A DNA stretch of 14,236 nt from a virus. Position numbers and translations under genes: made by a program. The stretch lies in IMG/VR virus record IMGVR_UViG_3300045116_000511. One strand, 5' to 3'. A model generated the notes under the pieces. It worked only from the letters and a program-made list of their open reading frames with translations, was not told the DNA's origin and ran no database searches. Shown here in pieces: positions 1 through 6,789 of this stretch. Within the stretch, counting starts at the first letter, position 1. Every line of letters begins with the position of its first letter.

Positions 1-1261
1 TATACCTCGCAGCAGGGGAATTCCTCGGGATGTGGAAATCATGATTAGTTCTGTCTATAAACAGAGGATCGCCACTCGTAGAAAAGGCATCTGTTGTAGT
101 AGCGCCGTTGGTGTCCCCCGATGTGTTATTGTAAAAGTGATTGGAATCCATCGAGATTGCCCCATTGCCTGTAGAACACTGAATACCATAGGTTGAGCTG
201 TTGCTAATAATACATTTACTGACCATTATAGATTGATTGTTGGCACCGTAATTTACACGAATACCAACCCCGCATCCATCGATAGTGCAATTTTGAATAA
301 TCGTGGGGGTAGTACTGGCGCTTACCATGCCAATTAAAATGCCCTGTTCGTCGGCATATCCATGAACCAAACAATTAGAGATGAGCGCGCCAGTGGAAGT
401 TGTCCAGAAACCATAAGCTTGCACCGACGAGCCCGTCAGTATCGACTGGCAGCGGATAAAGTTGCCTCGCCCGTAAAAGCCAGTGTAAGACGTGCCTCCA
501 CCTATAATGTTCAGAGCGATACAGTCTATAAATGTACTTGGGCTACTGCCATTCGCAAAACCGCCGTCACATGCTTCTACTTTACAATGTGTAACTATCC
601 AACCACTGCCAGTGTAAAATTCTTGCCCGCCCATCCCTGTAAGATTGTACAAATGTAAATCTTGAACTTTATAATAAGCATAGGCAGAGGTAGTGAAACC
701 CCATGCTGACGTGCTGCCAGTATCTTCCAGCATTGCATAACCACTGCCGTCATACGGGGTTCCTGAAGCATTACAGCCTTTAATTACAATAGGAGCATAA
801 CTATTAGTGGCCGAACGAACAACATCAATGCCACTGACCGCGCCATCTAATCTAATTGAGTCAACGCCCGATGTATCACCGGCACAGAAACGAACCTCCT
901 CTGACCCGTCAGCATTTACTACGCTCAAAGCACGAGCAGGTGTGGTAAAGCTACCCCCAATCGCCCATGTCACTCCTGAGGCTGTACCAGGAGTGGTACT
1001 GACTGTAACAGTTTTAGTAACGTTGTCGTGTCCAGTGATCTTATAAACATCGCTTGAATAAAGACCTGTCGTTTGACCGTTCAGACGGATCGTATCCTGG
1101 TTGTCAACAACACCTGAAAGATCAGGGCTGTCACCTGACAGGGTTACTGTGGTGGTGCTGTTTAAGGAACCGTTTGTCCCCGATGCATAGGCGGTCGTAC
1201 TAACGCGCGAACCACTGTTATTGTTACTACCGCCACGAGTTACATACCAGGTGATCGCCAT
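1..1261 (-). CDS. Right-handed parallel beta-helix (pectin-lyase-fold) repeat protein, N-terminal ~420 aa; the 3' end lies beyond the window. Tail-spike/depolymerase-like.
   Basis: Own translation of the minus strand from ATG (plus-strand 'cat' at 1259-1261) is open to position 1: MAITWYVTRGGSNNNSGSRVSTTAYASGTNG...NCTIDGCGVGIRV...ISNCLVHGYADEQG...IVTHCKVEACDGG...CIISNSSTYGIQCS. The periodic Cys/Gly/Ile/Val/Asn rungs and Ser/Thr/Gly/Asn richness are typical of beta-helix proteins. The start lies 5 nt after the stop of the upstream 71-aa gene. It is absent from the ORF track because there is no stop in the window. Confidence 0.7.
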   Translation of the reverse strand, partial: MAITWYVTRGGSNNNSGSRVSTTAYASGTNGSLNSTTTVTLSGDSPDLSGVVDNQDTIRLNGQTTGLYSSDVYKITGHDNVTKTVTVSTTPGTASGVTWAIGGSFTTPARALSVVNADGSEEVRFCAGDTSGVDSIRLDGAVSGIDVVRSATNSYAPIVIKGCNASGTPYDGSGYAMLEDTGSTSAWGFTTSAYAYYKVQDLHLYNLTGMGGQEFYTGSGWIVTHCKVEACDGGFANGSSPSTFIDCIALNIIGGGTSYTGFYGRGNFIRCQSILTGSSVQAYGFWTTSTGALISNCLVHGYADEQGILIGMVSASTTPTIIQNCTIDGCGVGIRVNYGANNQSIMVSKCIISNSSTYGIQCSTGNGAISMDSNHFYNNTSGDTNGATTTDAFSTSGDPLFIDRTNHDFHIPRNSPAARY

Positions 1262-1265
1262 ACAT

Positions 1266-1481
1266 TTACATGCCCAATGTTACTTCCAGGGATCGAACGC
1301 AAGCTTTATTAACAACATCCATAGCATATTGTGCCTGTAAAACAGCGAGCAATTCGTTAATCCGATTCATGAGTGTGTATACGTCTGCTCCAGTCAAGAT
1401 ATTAACGTAATCTCGTTCATCATAAATCGTCTCTTCTACGCTGCTGGTAACCAACGAAGAGATGAGATTCAGAGACATCAT
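1266..1481 (-). CDS. Hypothetical 71-aa protein, start-coupled to the downstream beta-helix gene.
   Basis: ORF track, ATGATG start with a GGAAG Shine-Dalgarno (SD) upstream, and TAA stop at 1266-1268. No recognisable motif. Confidence 0.5.
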   Translation of the reverse strand: MMSLNLISSLVTSSVEETIYDERDYVNILTGADVYTLMNRINELLAVLQAQYAMDVVNKACVRSLEVTLGM

Positions 1482-1587
1482 CTTCCATTAGAACCTTTAA
1501 AGCCATAATGATTTCTGCTCTTCGTCGGAGCCTCTCTTTTACGAAAGCAACTACCTGGCCGTTATTGTTGACTGCCACTGCTTACTC

Positions 1588-1791
1588 CTAATAATGCACA
1601 TTAAGTCTCCGAGACAGAGACACCGCACAGACTCCGTTGTAAACAAAAGACAAAAACATGTAAGATAATGCGAAAGCGAGCAAGCTAAACACCAGTTGCT
1701 CAACTGATGTGTTATACCACATACATGCTCCAGTCCAACCCACGCCAAACGCCATTGCCACACCACGTCCGGGCAACATTTCTTTCGCCAT
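1588..1791 (-). CDS. Small membrane protein with two predicted TM segments (holin-like, class II topology).
   Basis: 67 aa: MAKEMLPGRGVAMAFGVGWTGACMWY...LVFSLLAFALSYMFLSFVY. Strong SD (AGGAGAgcgaaATG). The overlapping ORF 1551-1766 in another frame is judged spurious. Confidence 0.55.
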   Translation of the reverse strand: MAKEMLPGRGVAMAFGVGWTGACMWYNTSVEQLVFSLLAFALSYMFLSFVYNGVCAVSLSRRLNVHY

Positions 1792-1842
1792 TTCGCTCTC
1801 CTGTTAAAAGTGAACAGTGGTCCTGTGGTTCTACTACTTCAA

Positions 1843-2109
1843 TCAGTTTCTTTGGTCCTTAGACCAATGCTGCAAATGTGATACAATTTCCTCTAAATTT
1901 TTAAACTGATTCAGGAGCGATCCCGGCAACTTACGTATTTCAGGTGTTTTCTTCAACTCACGAATAATCGCGAGAACTTGTTCGACCAATTTTTGCACAG
2001 ATGGATCGTGCATGGGTACACCCGTAATGGCATGTTCCCATACGATTTTTTTAGGCGTGAGCCCTGCTTCGCAATTCGTCGGGGGTAACCAAATGAACTC
2101 CGAACTCAT
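1843..2109 (-). CDS. Hypothetical protein (88 aa from ATG 2109; alternative ATG 2013 gives 56 aa).
   Basis: ORF track. ATG at 2109 has no SD and overlaps the upstream gene by 59 nt. The internal ATG at 2013 has a GGGTG SD-like element and no overlap. The start is ambiguous. Confidence 0.35.
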   Translation of the reverse strand: MSSEFIWLPPTNCEAGLTPKKIVWEHAITGVPMHDPSVQKLVEQVLAIIRELKKTPEIRKLPGSLLNQFKNLEEIVSHLQHWSKDQRN

Positions 2110-2260
2110 TTGCCCAGAGCTTTAATTCTTGATATGACCGAAAATCAAGACCTACCCGCATCATCGACTTGTATTGAGGATCGTAGATATAAAGTGCATA
2201 TCCCCCTGTGTTGATGTTACGCAGTGGGATATGCAGCCGCTCTCGATGAGACTCGGTCAT
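2051..2260 (-). CDS. Hypothetical 69-aa protein (MTESHRERLHIPL...).
   Basis: ATG at 2260 ('cat' 2258-2260) lies 2 nt after the TAA (2263-2265) of the upstream gene. The track's longer form from 2305 would overlap the upstream gene by 43 nt. Confidence 0.4.
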   Translation of the reverse strand: MTESHRERLHIPLRNINTGGYALYIYDPQYKSMMRVGLDFRSYQELKLWANEFGVHLVTPDELRSRAHA

Positions 2261-2262
2261 AG

Positions 2263-2559
2263 TTACTCGCTCAGATAACCATGTTCTTTGGCCCAAGCAA
2301 GCCATGCGACAGTCATTTTCTCTAAATCACCCCTGTCGTCTGCTGACACTGGGTTCTCACGAGTGATCAAATTCAGCGCCATAAACCAGAGGTCTGGTCC
2401 ATGCTCCTGCAAGTCTGCGAAGATATGCGGCAAAGCGTTCTTGCCGGCTGCGATGATTTGTCGGTAAGCCGGCGAGTTACCTGCAATCACAGGAGAACGG
2501 CCAGCAGAGGTTTCGTCCTTCCACTGCTTCTTCAGTTTGGCAAATTCTTTCGCATCCAT
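2263..2559 (-). CDS. Hypothetical ~98-aa protein (MDAKEFAKLKKQWKDE...); the alternative TTG start at 2637 gives 124 aa.
   Basis: ORF track 2263-2637. The codon at 2637 is TTG and would overlap the upstream gene by 44 nt. The first ATG at 2559 lies 31 nt after the upstream TGA (2591-2593) but lacks a clear SD. Confidence 0.45.
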   Translation of the reverse strand: MDAKEFAKLKKQWKDETSAGRSPVIAGNSPAYRQIIAAGKNALPHIFADLQEHGPDLWFMALNLITRENPVSADDRGDLEKMTVAWLAWAKEHGYLSE

Positions 2560-2593
2560 GTTTGTACTATACAATAATTCGAGAAAAAAATCA

Positions 2594-3067
2594 ATCTTCA
2601 ACCACCGAATAGCCGAAAGGTATTTTGCCGTCCACAATCGATTGCCAATGGTCAGTCACCTCAGTATGAGCATCATTATGTTCGTCCAGAGATTGCTTGG
2701 CCTGCTTTTGTAACCATTCCCAGGTTCCCGACGTGATCGTATTAAATTTACGTCCCATCTGTGGAAACAACATGTCCTCGTAGTCCACCAGCCGCATTGG
2801 TTTGTTCTCTTTTCGCATCCAATGAGAGATAAACTCCCACATGATGCAACCAGCCTGAAAGCCAGTTATCCCACCACTGAGCCCACGGTCAAAGGCTCTG
2901 GCGGCTTGGACTGCCGACGCCGCAATCGCGTGACAAATCGTACCGTAGTCGTGACCATACCCTGCCAGCTCCTGCATAAAAGCGGGCAGTGACTCCATTG
3001 TAACCTCGCGACGATACCATTCGTTGATGATATCCCTGTCTTTCTCTTCCGAAAGCACCTGAGCCAT
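2594..3067 (-). CDS. Hypothetical 157-aa protein (MAQVLSEEKDRDIINEWYRRE...).
   Basis: ATG 3067 with SD GGAGAAtagaaATG. The TAG stop of the upstream gene (3070-3072) sits inside the SD-start spacer. The track's longer form 2591-3184 starts upstream in the overlapping region. Confidence 0.6.
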
Positions 3068-3069
3068 TT

Positions 3070-3597
3070 CTATTCTCCAAACAAACTGTCCATGCGCGGT
3101 GGTACCTTGCGAGCGGCGCAGATGCGCAACCACTCGTCTCGTCCCGCATCCCGAAAAAGAGCCCGCGCGTACTCTTCTTCCCAATCAGCGAGAGTTGGCG
3201 CGTGCGCCCGCCCCGCCCGGCGCGCAGGGCCTCGGACAGTCGGCATGCGCGCCGTTTCGTTGCCGCGCTTCATCAAATCCTCAAGCCAGCCCGTCACTCG
3301 CCGCGCCGCGCGCGCCTCGTTTGTGTGGCGGAACAGCTCTACGGCTGAACGAGCCGGATTTTCCTTGGTCCGCGCGTACCAAGCCTCGGTGAATGCTTGT
3401 CCTTCCAAGACTTCACTCATCAGTGATGTGTCGTCACTCGACACCTGCGCCTCGACGCGCCGGACCACGTCGTCTGCCTGGCTGTTCACAAAACCGGAAG
3501 CGCACACTCGCTTGGTCTCCCACAACCAATTGATTGGCTGGTCTGTAGAGTTCTCGCCATTTTGAAGTCTTCCAGCCACTGAGCCTTGCCATCTCAT
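3070..3597 (-). CDS. Arg/Ala-rich hypothetical 175-aa protein encoded in a ~65% GC island.
   Basis: ATG 3597 overlaps the TGA of the upstream gene (ATGA), with SD AAGGtaaggcATG. The TAG stop is coupled to the next gene's SD. The antisense ORFs 3092-3565 and 3099-3392 are typical artefacts of high-GC DNA. Confidence 0.6.
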   Translation of the reverse strand: MRWQGSVAGRLQNGENSTDQPINWLWETKRVCASGFVNSQADDVVRRVEAQVSSDDTSLMSEVLEGQAFTEAWYARTKENPARSAVELFRHTNEARAARRVTGWLEDLMKRGNETARMPTVRGPARRAGRAHAPTLADWEEEYARALFRDAGRDEWLRICAARKVPPRMDSLFGE

Positions 3598-3968
3598 GCC
3601 TTACCTTTAGTTCTCAGGTAAGTCTCATTCACGATGTTTACCTGCCGGTTGAATTCTTCCAAGGCTTCGTTGTCACCGTGCAGATTCCGAAGCAAAGGGC
3701 TGTCAGTCCCAAAGAGGAAGGCTTTGGCTTCCATCGAATCAGGCCCATGCTTACAAACAATGTTCATATACGCTCCCAGCAAGTCTTTCGCCAGGAGAGT
3801 ACCGGAGCGCAGATTCTCTAACCGATGCTCCTCTTTGTCAATGGCTTCTTTGATCTTTTCTCTCGTATTGTCACGCGCAAAGATGGACATTACGATCAGC
3901 CAGCCAAGATAGACCAGCAAAAATACTGCGCCAAACAAAATCAAAATTCTCAGTTCCACTTGAATCAT
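3594..3968 (-). CDS. Membrane-anchored 124-aa protein (N-terminal TM helix, charged helical C-terminal part).
   Basis: MIQVELRILILFGAVFLLVYLGWLIVMSIF then ARDNTREKIKEAIDKEEHRLENLR...; SD GGAG 6 nt upstream of ATG 3968. It lies immediately downstream of the SPFH gene. Confidence 0.6.
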   Translation of the reverse strand: MIQVELRILILFGAVFLLVYLGWLIVMSIFARDNTREKIKEAIDKEEHRLENLRSGTLLAKDLLGAYMNIVCKHGPDSMEAKAFLFGTDSPLLRNLHGDNEALEEFNRQVNIVNETYLRTKGKA

Positions 3969-4049
3969 AATGATCTCCGTTTCAATCCTCTCACATAGCT
4001 AGAGCATCAAAGTAGCCTGGTTGCCCCGACCACTCAGCGGAACTTATTT

Positions 4050-5417
4050 CTACTTCACAGCAGAGGCTACTGGAGTCACAGGCGCAACCGGGCCGGCGGC
4101 TGGTACATCTCGGACAATGCCCATACTCCGCATGAGCCACATGCTCACCAGATTGCCCATCCAATCTTGTTGCCCACCGCTGCCGCCACCCAACATGAGG
4201 GTCTGTGGGGCTTGAATGGCAGCCAGTTTGGCGGCGACCTCCACATCGCGCTTTGCGGCGATCTCAGCAAGCGTTCGTTCCTTCTCAGTGATAGCACCAC
4301 CTTTGGCGATTTTCTCTGATTGTGCCTCAGCAAGTACTCGGATGGCCTTTGCCTCAGCTTCGGCCGTTTGGACTTTGACTTCAGCAGCTTTCTTTTCCAA
4401 TTCGGCAACGGATAGCGCCTGCTGGGCTTTGGTCTCAGCCTCTTTCTTCCCCTGATCAGCAACAGCAACTTTCTGCTGGGCTTCGAGCGTTGCCACTTCC
4501 TTCTGCCGCTGAGCGTTGGTCACAGCAGTCACCTTTTCGACATTCGCTGCGGCTTCTGATTCCGCTGCCTGTCGCTTGCCTTTTTCAACCACCATTAAAC
4601 GCTGTTGCACTTCTTGCTCACGATCTGCCTTGGCTTGCTCGGCCTTCTGGAAAGACTCTTTCTTTGTGGCAAATCGTTCTAAAGTCTGTTTGTCGTAGTT
4701 GGTTGAAGTCACGCTGAATTGCAGCACTTCAAAACCGTATTCTTTCAGTGGGCTGATCTGACCGATCTTGGGTTTGCCCTTTTCGTCACGAATGATTTCT
4801 GTAGCAAAAACCGTGATTGGGTTCCCTTTCTCATCAGTCGCATCATGGAAGGTCTTCTCAATATGTCGCATCTCGTAAATGCCGTTACGCAACATGTCTT
4901 CGACAATCTGGGTAAATTCGGCTTTACGAGCGGATTGATGCTCTGATGAGGACATAAGTGGAGCGGCGGCCTTGCAGCAATTAATCATGTGCGCATGGAC
5001 TGCTGCTGCCATGTTATCCACGCTGCCGCTGAATTCGCGGTGAGCTTTTAGCCTCAATTCTTCAGTGCGAGGTGTGGCAAAGCGGATCATCGTTCCGAGG
5101 CCAGCAGTACCACCATCATTGAAGGTCACACGGTTGGTAGGATCACCTTCCTCCGCATGTCCCTTCTCACCCCCAAATTCATGTTGTACCGCACGTGGAT
5201 AAGTCCAGACATGGGCAAACATCTTCATGTACCAGCCTGGCTCATCCCTTACAGAAACGCTACCAGTTACCGACTGAATAATCTGCCAATCTTGGGCGTT
5301 ATTCAGTCCAAACCCACCAGTCACAAGGACTATCAGGACAATCAGCACAAAGATGCCGAGTCCTCCATAGAAAATGTGCCGCTTGCCAAGTCGAAACTCG
5401 CCAGTGTCTCTTGTCAT
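4050..5417 (-). CDS. SPFH/band-7 domain protein, flotillin-like (N-terminal TM, SPFH core, long Ala/Glu/Lys/Gln coiled coil).
   Basis: From ATG 5417 (SD AAGGAActaagATG): MTRDTGEFRLGKRHIFYGGLGIFVLIVLIVLVTGGFG (TM), then an SPFH-like core, then EA-rich heptads (...AEAEAKAIRVLAEAQSEKIAKGG...) as in flotillin/YqiK-type proteins. TAG stop at 4050-4052. The track's longer form from ATG 5474 adds FCMKGT x2 encoded by the tandem repeat. Confidence 0.85.
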   Translation of the reverse strand: MTRDTGEFRLGKRHIFYGGLGIFVLIVLIVLVTGGFGLNNAQDWQIIQSVTGSVSVRDEPGWYMKMFAHVWTYPRAVQHEFGGEKGHAEEGDPTNRVTFNDGGTAGLGTMIRFATPRTEELRLKAHREFSGSVDNMAAAVHAHMINCCKAAAPLMSSSEHQSARKAEFTQIVEDMLRNGIYEMRHIEKTFHDATDEKGNPITVFATEIIRDEKGKPKIGQISPLKEYGFEVLQFSVTSTNYDKQTLERFATKKESFQKAEQAKADREQEVQQRLMVVEKGKRQAAESEAAANVEKVTAVTNAQRQKEVATLEAQQKVAVADQGKKEAETKAQQALSVAELEKKAAEVKVQTAEAEAKAIRVLAEAQSEKIAKGGAITEKERTLAEIAAKRDVEVAAKLAAIQAPQTLMLGGGSGGQQDWMGNLVSMWLMRSMGIVRDVPAAGPVAPVTPVASAVK

Positions 5418-5421
5418 CTTA

Positions 5422-5457
5422 GTTCCTTTCATGCAGAATGTTCCTTTCATGCAGAAT
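5422..5457. repeat. Perfect tandem direct repeat, 2 x 18 bp (gttcctttcatgcagaat), in the SPFH gene leader.
   Basis: Read directly: 5422-5439 is identical to 5440-5457. On the minus strand each unit reads ATTCTGCATGAAAGGAAC, so it carries an in-frame ATG and an AAGGAA SD-like element. Confidence 0.9.
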
Positions 5458-5482
5458 ATCACACCATGTGACATTACTCTAA

Positions 5483-5513
5483 ATTATAAGAGCGAAGGAA
5501 GACCATATTACAA
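5483..5513 (-). promoter_or_regulatory. Candidate sigma70-type promoter for the SPFH gene (TTGTAA, 19-bp spacer, TATAAT).
   Basis: On the minus strand: TTGTAA (5513..5508), then tatggtcttccttcgctct, then TATAAT (5488..5483). The -10 is perfect but the spacer is long (19). The predicted TSS is near 5475, next to ATG 5474. Confidence 0.35.
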
Positions 5514-5531
5514 TCCGCCGAGAAGTTTGGG

Positions 5532-6032
5532 CTATTTGTCTTTAACGCAATTGACTAACACGTTGGCAGCCTTCGTTCTCTGATCACTCCACCCACCACT
5601 TGATGGGATTTCTTCCAGGATGGCTTGCAGTTGTTCTCCAGTTAGTTTCGGCCAGTCAGCAAAGTTTTTCGTTGCCTTTGCACGATCAGCGATCAGGTCC
5701 ACTTTGTCTTGATCTCTCACCGCAGCCACGGCGGCGTATAGAGCAGCCCACTCACCGGGCATCGTTTGAGCAATCGCCTGCCGTTTCGCTTTAGCCTCAT
5801 CAGAAGCAGCAAGCACGTTGCTTATGGCCGGAGCAATCACATAGATGGACATCAGAACCAGAAACGCAGCTCCGGTCACAATCCAGATTGCTTCGATGGG
5901 TACATAAAGGGCAAAGGGAAACACGGGCACCAGAATTGTACGATGCCCGCAGGCAGGACAGTAAGTTCCCCCGCTTTTCAGCTTAAGACCATGCTTCTCG
6001 CAAACTGGATTATTACACTTTTTGCTACGCAT
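5532..6032 (-). CDS. Zinc-ribbon (CxxC-x15-CxxC) protein with two TM helices and a cytoplasmic C-terminal domain, 166 aa.
   Basis: MRSKKCNNPVCEKHGLKLKSGGTYCPACGHRT, then TILVPVFPFALYVPIEAIWIVTGAAFLVLMSIYVIAPAI. ATG 6032 overlaps the end of the upstream ORF by 8 nt. Confidence 0.65.
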   Translation of the reverse strand: MRSKKCNNPVCEKHGLKLKSGGTYCPACGHRTILVPVFPFALYVPIEAIWIVTGAAFLVLMSIYVIAPAISNVLAASDEAKAKRQAIAQTMPGEWAALYAAVAAVRDQDKVDLIADRAKATKNFADWPKLTGEQLQAILEEIPSSGGWSDQRTKAANVLVNCVKDK

Positions 6033-6531
6033 GCGAATTCATGATCTCTTCTTCCGTTGTTCGGCGGACGATAAGGCGGAAGCCTTCAATGACAATAGGC
6101 GTCTTTTCCCATTGACAATCCGATTGTGCTCGCAACTCCACAAACTTCCTGGCTCGTTCTTGTAGCGTTTTGATCTCAGCCTCGGTCGGTTTGGCGTCAA
6201 AGAAGATCGCAACGCTATTATAAGCTGGCCACTGATGTTTTACTTTCTTGGCTTTCGGATCGGTTTCTCGGTAATGTTGGCCGTTACCGTCATTGACCCA
6301 ACCCGGAGTGGCCCAAAGACTATACGGCAACGGACCATATTCGCCATACAGCGACACGAGATGTTCGTTGGGTTCGTCGTCCTCCCCAACTTTGTTTTCC
6401 TTGCGATACCGCTTGATCCATTCATCCTCGCCTTCTTCATTGTCGTAACCATTAAAACCGACAACGAAACCGCACATCTCGCGCTCGAAGTTACCGGCAT
6501 AACTGTCGGTATCGATGATAAAGACATACAA
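6025..6531 (-). CDS. Hypothetical acidic protein (C-terminal 168 codons as listed); the true N-terminus is unresolved.
   Basis: The track start at 6531 is TTG. The first ATG is at 6477. The frame stays open upstream to 6762 and encodes a zinc ribbon. Confidence 0.5.
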   Translation of the reverse strand: MYVFIIDTDSYAGNFEREMCGFVVGFNGYDNEEGEDEWIKRYRKENKVGEDDEPNEHLVSLYGEYGPLPYSLWATPGWVNDGNGQHYRETDPKAKKVKHQWPAYNSVAIFFDAKPTEAEIKTLQERARKFVELRAQSDCQWEKTPIVIEGFRLIVRRTTEEEIMNSHA

Positions 6532-6789
6532 TTCATCAGGCGGTAAATCTACTGAGTAAGTCCCTGGATATTTTTGATTGACCGCGGCCGTAATGGCATC
6601 ATCGCTGTCATTACCGAACGAAACCTCGCCACAGTTTCGGCATTTAGAAATCGGAACTTCTGGAACTGTGATGTCAACCAGCTCGCCTTTTACTCGAACT
6701 TTGAGGGCATAGTTTTCCAGCGTAGCCGGATAAACTTCTTGCTTCAGGCAAGTAACACAACGCTAGGGATACGGCTTCGACTTAGGCAT
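6532..6789 (-). other. In-frame upstream extension of the 6025-6531 ORF encoding a CxxC-x28-CxxC zinc ribbon with no canonical start; an upstream in-frame ATG (6789..6787) is separated from it by an amber TAG (6763-6765).
   Basis: Own translation: ATG CCT AAG TCG AAG CCG TAT CCC TAG | CGT TGT GTT ACT TGC ... reads MPKSKPYP*RCVTCLKQEVYPATLENYALKVRVKGELVDITVPEVPISKCRNCGEVSFGNDSDDAITAAVNQKYPGTYSVDLPPDE-LYVFIIDTD. Between the TAG and the TTG at 6531 there are 77 stop-free codons and no ATG/GTG/TTG. Confidence 0.5.

Noticed and set aside
362-1046. Plus-strand ORFs 362-658 and 807-1046.
   Set aside because: They lie antisense to the long, motif-rich beta-helix ORF and have no SD or context. They are artefacts of the opposite-strand gene.
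1551-1766. Minus-strand ORF in another frame overlapping the holin-like gene.
   Set aside because: It is almost fully overlapped by 1588-1791, which has a strong SD. Its composition is odd and it has no start context.
2046-2052. A7/T7 homopolymers at gene junctions (2046-2052 and 2583-2589), with the downstream ORFs in the +1 frame. Considered as programmed frameshift or slippage sites.
   Set aside because: The stop codons precede the rest of the run, so slippage would not bypass them. There is no prfB-like CUU-UGA context, and independent downstream ATGs exist (2013/2109 and 2559). Kept only as a note.
3092-3565. Long plus-strand ORFs 3092-3565 and 3099-3392.
   Set aside because: They are high-GC artefacts antisense to a gene that is translationally coupled on both sides.
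4145-4946. ORFs 4145-4468 (-), 4216-4455 (+), 4490-4717 (+), 4516-4698 (+) and 4719-4946 (+) inside the SPFH gene.
   Set aside because: They arise from the low-complexity Ala/Glu/Lys coiled-coil coding region and its antisense, and have no independent start signals.
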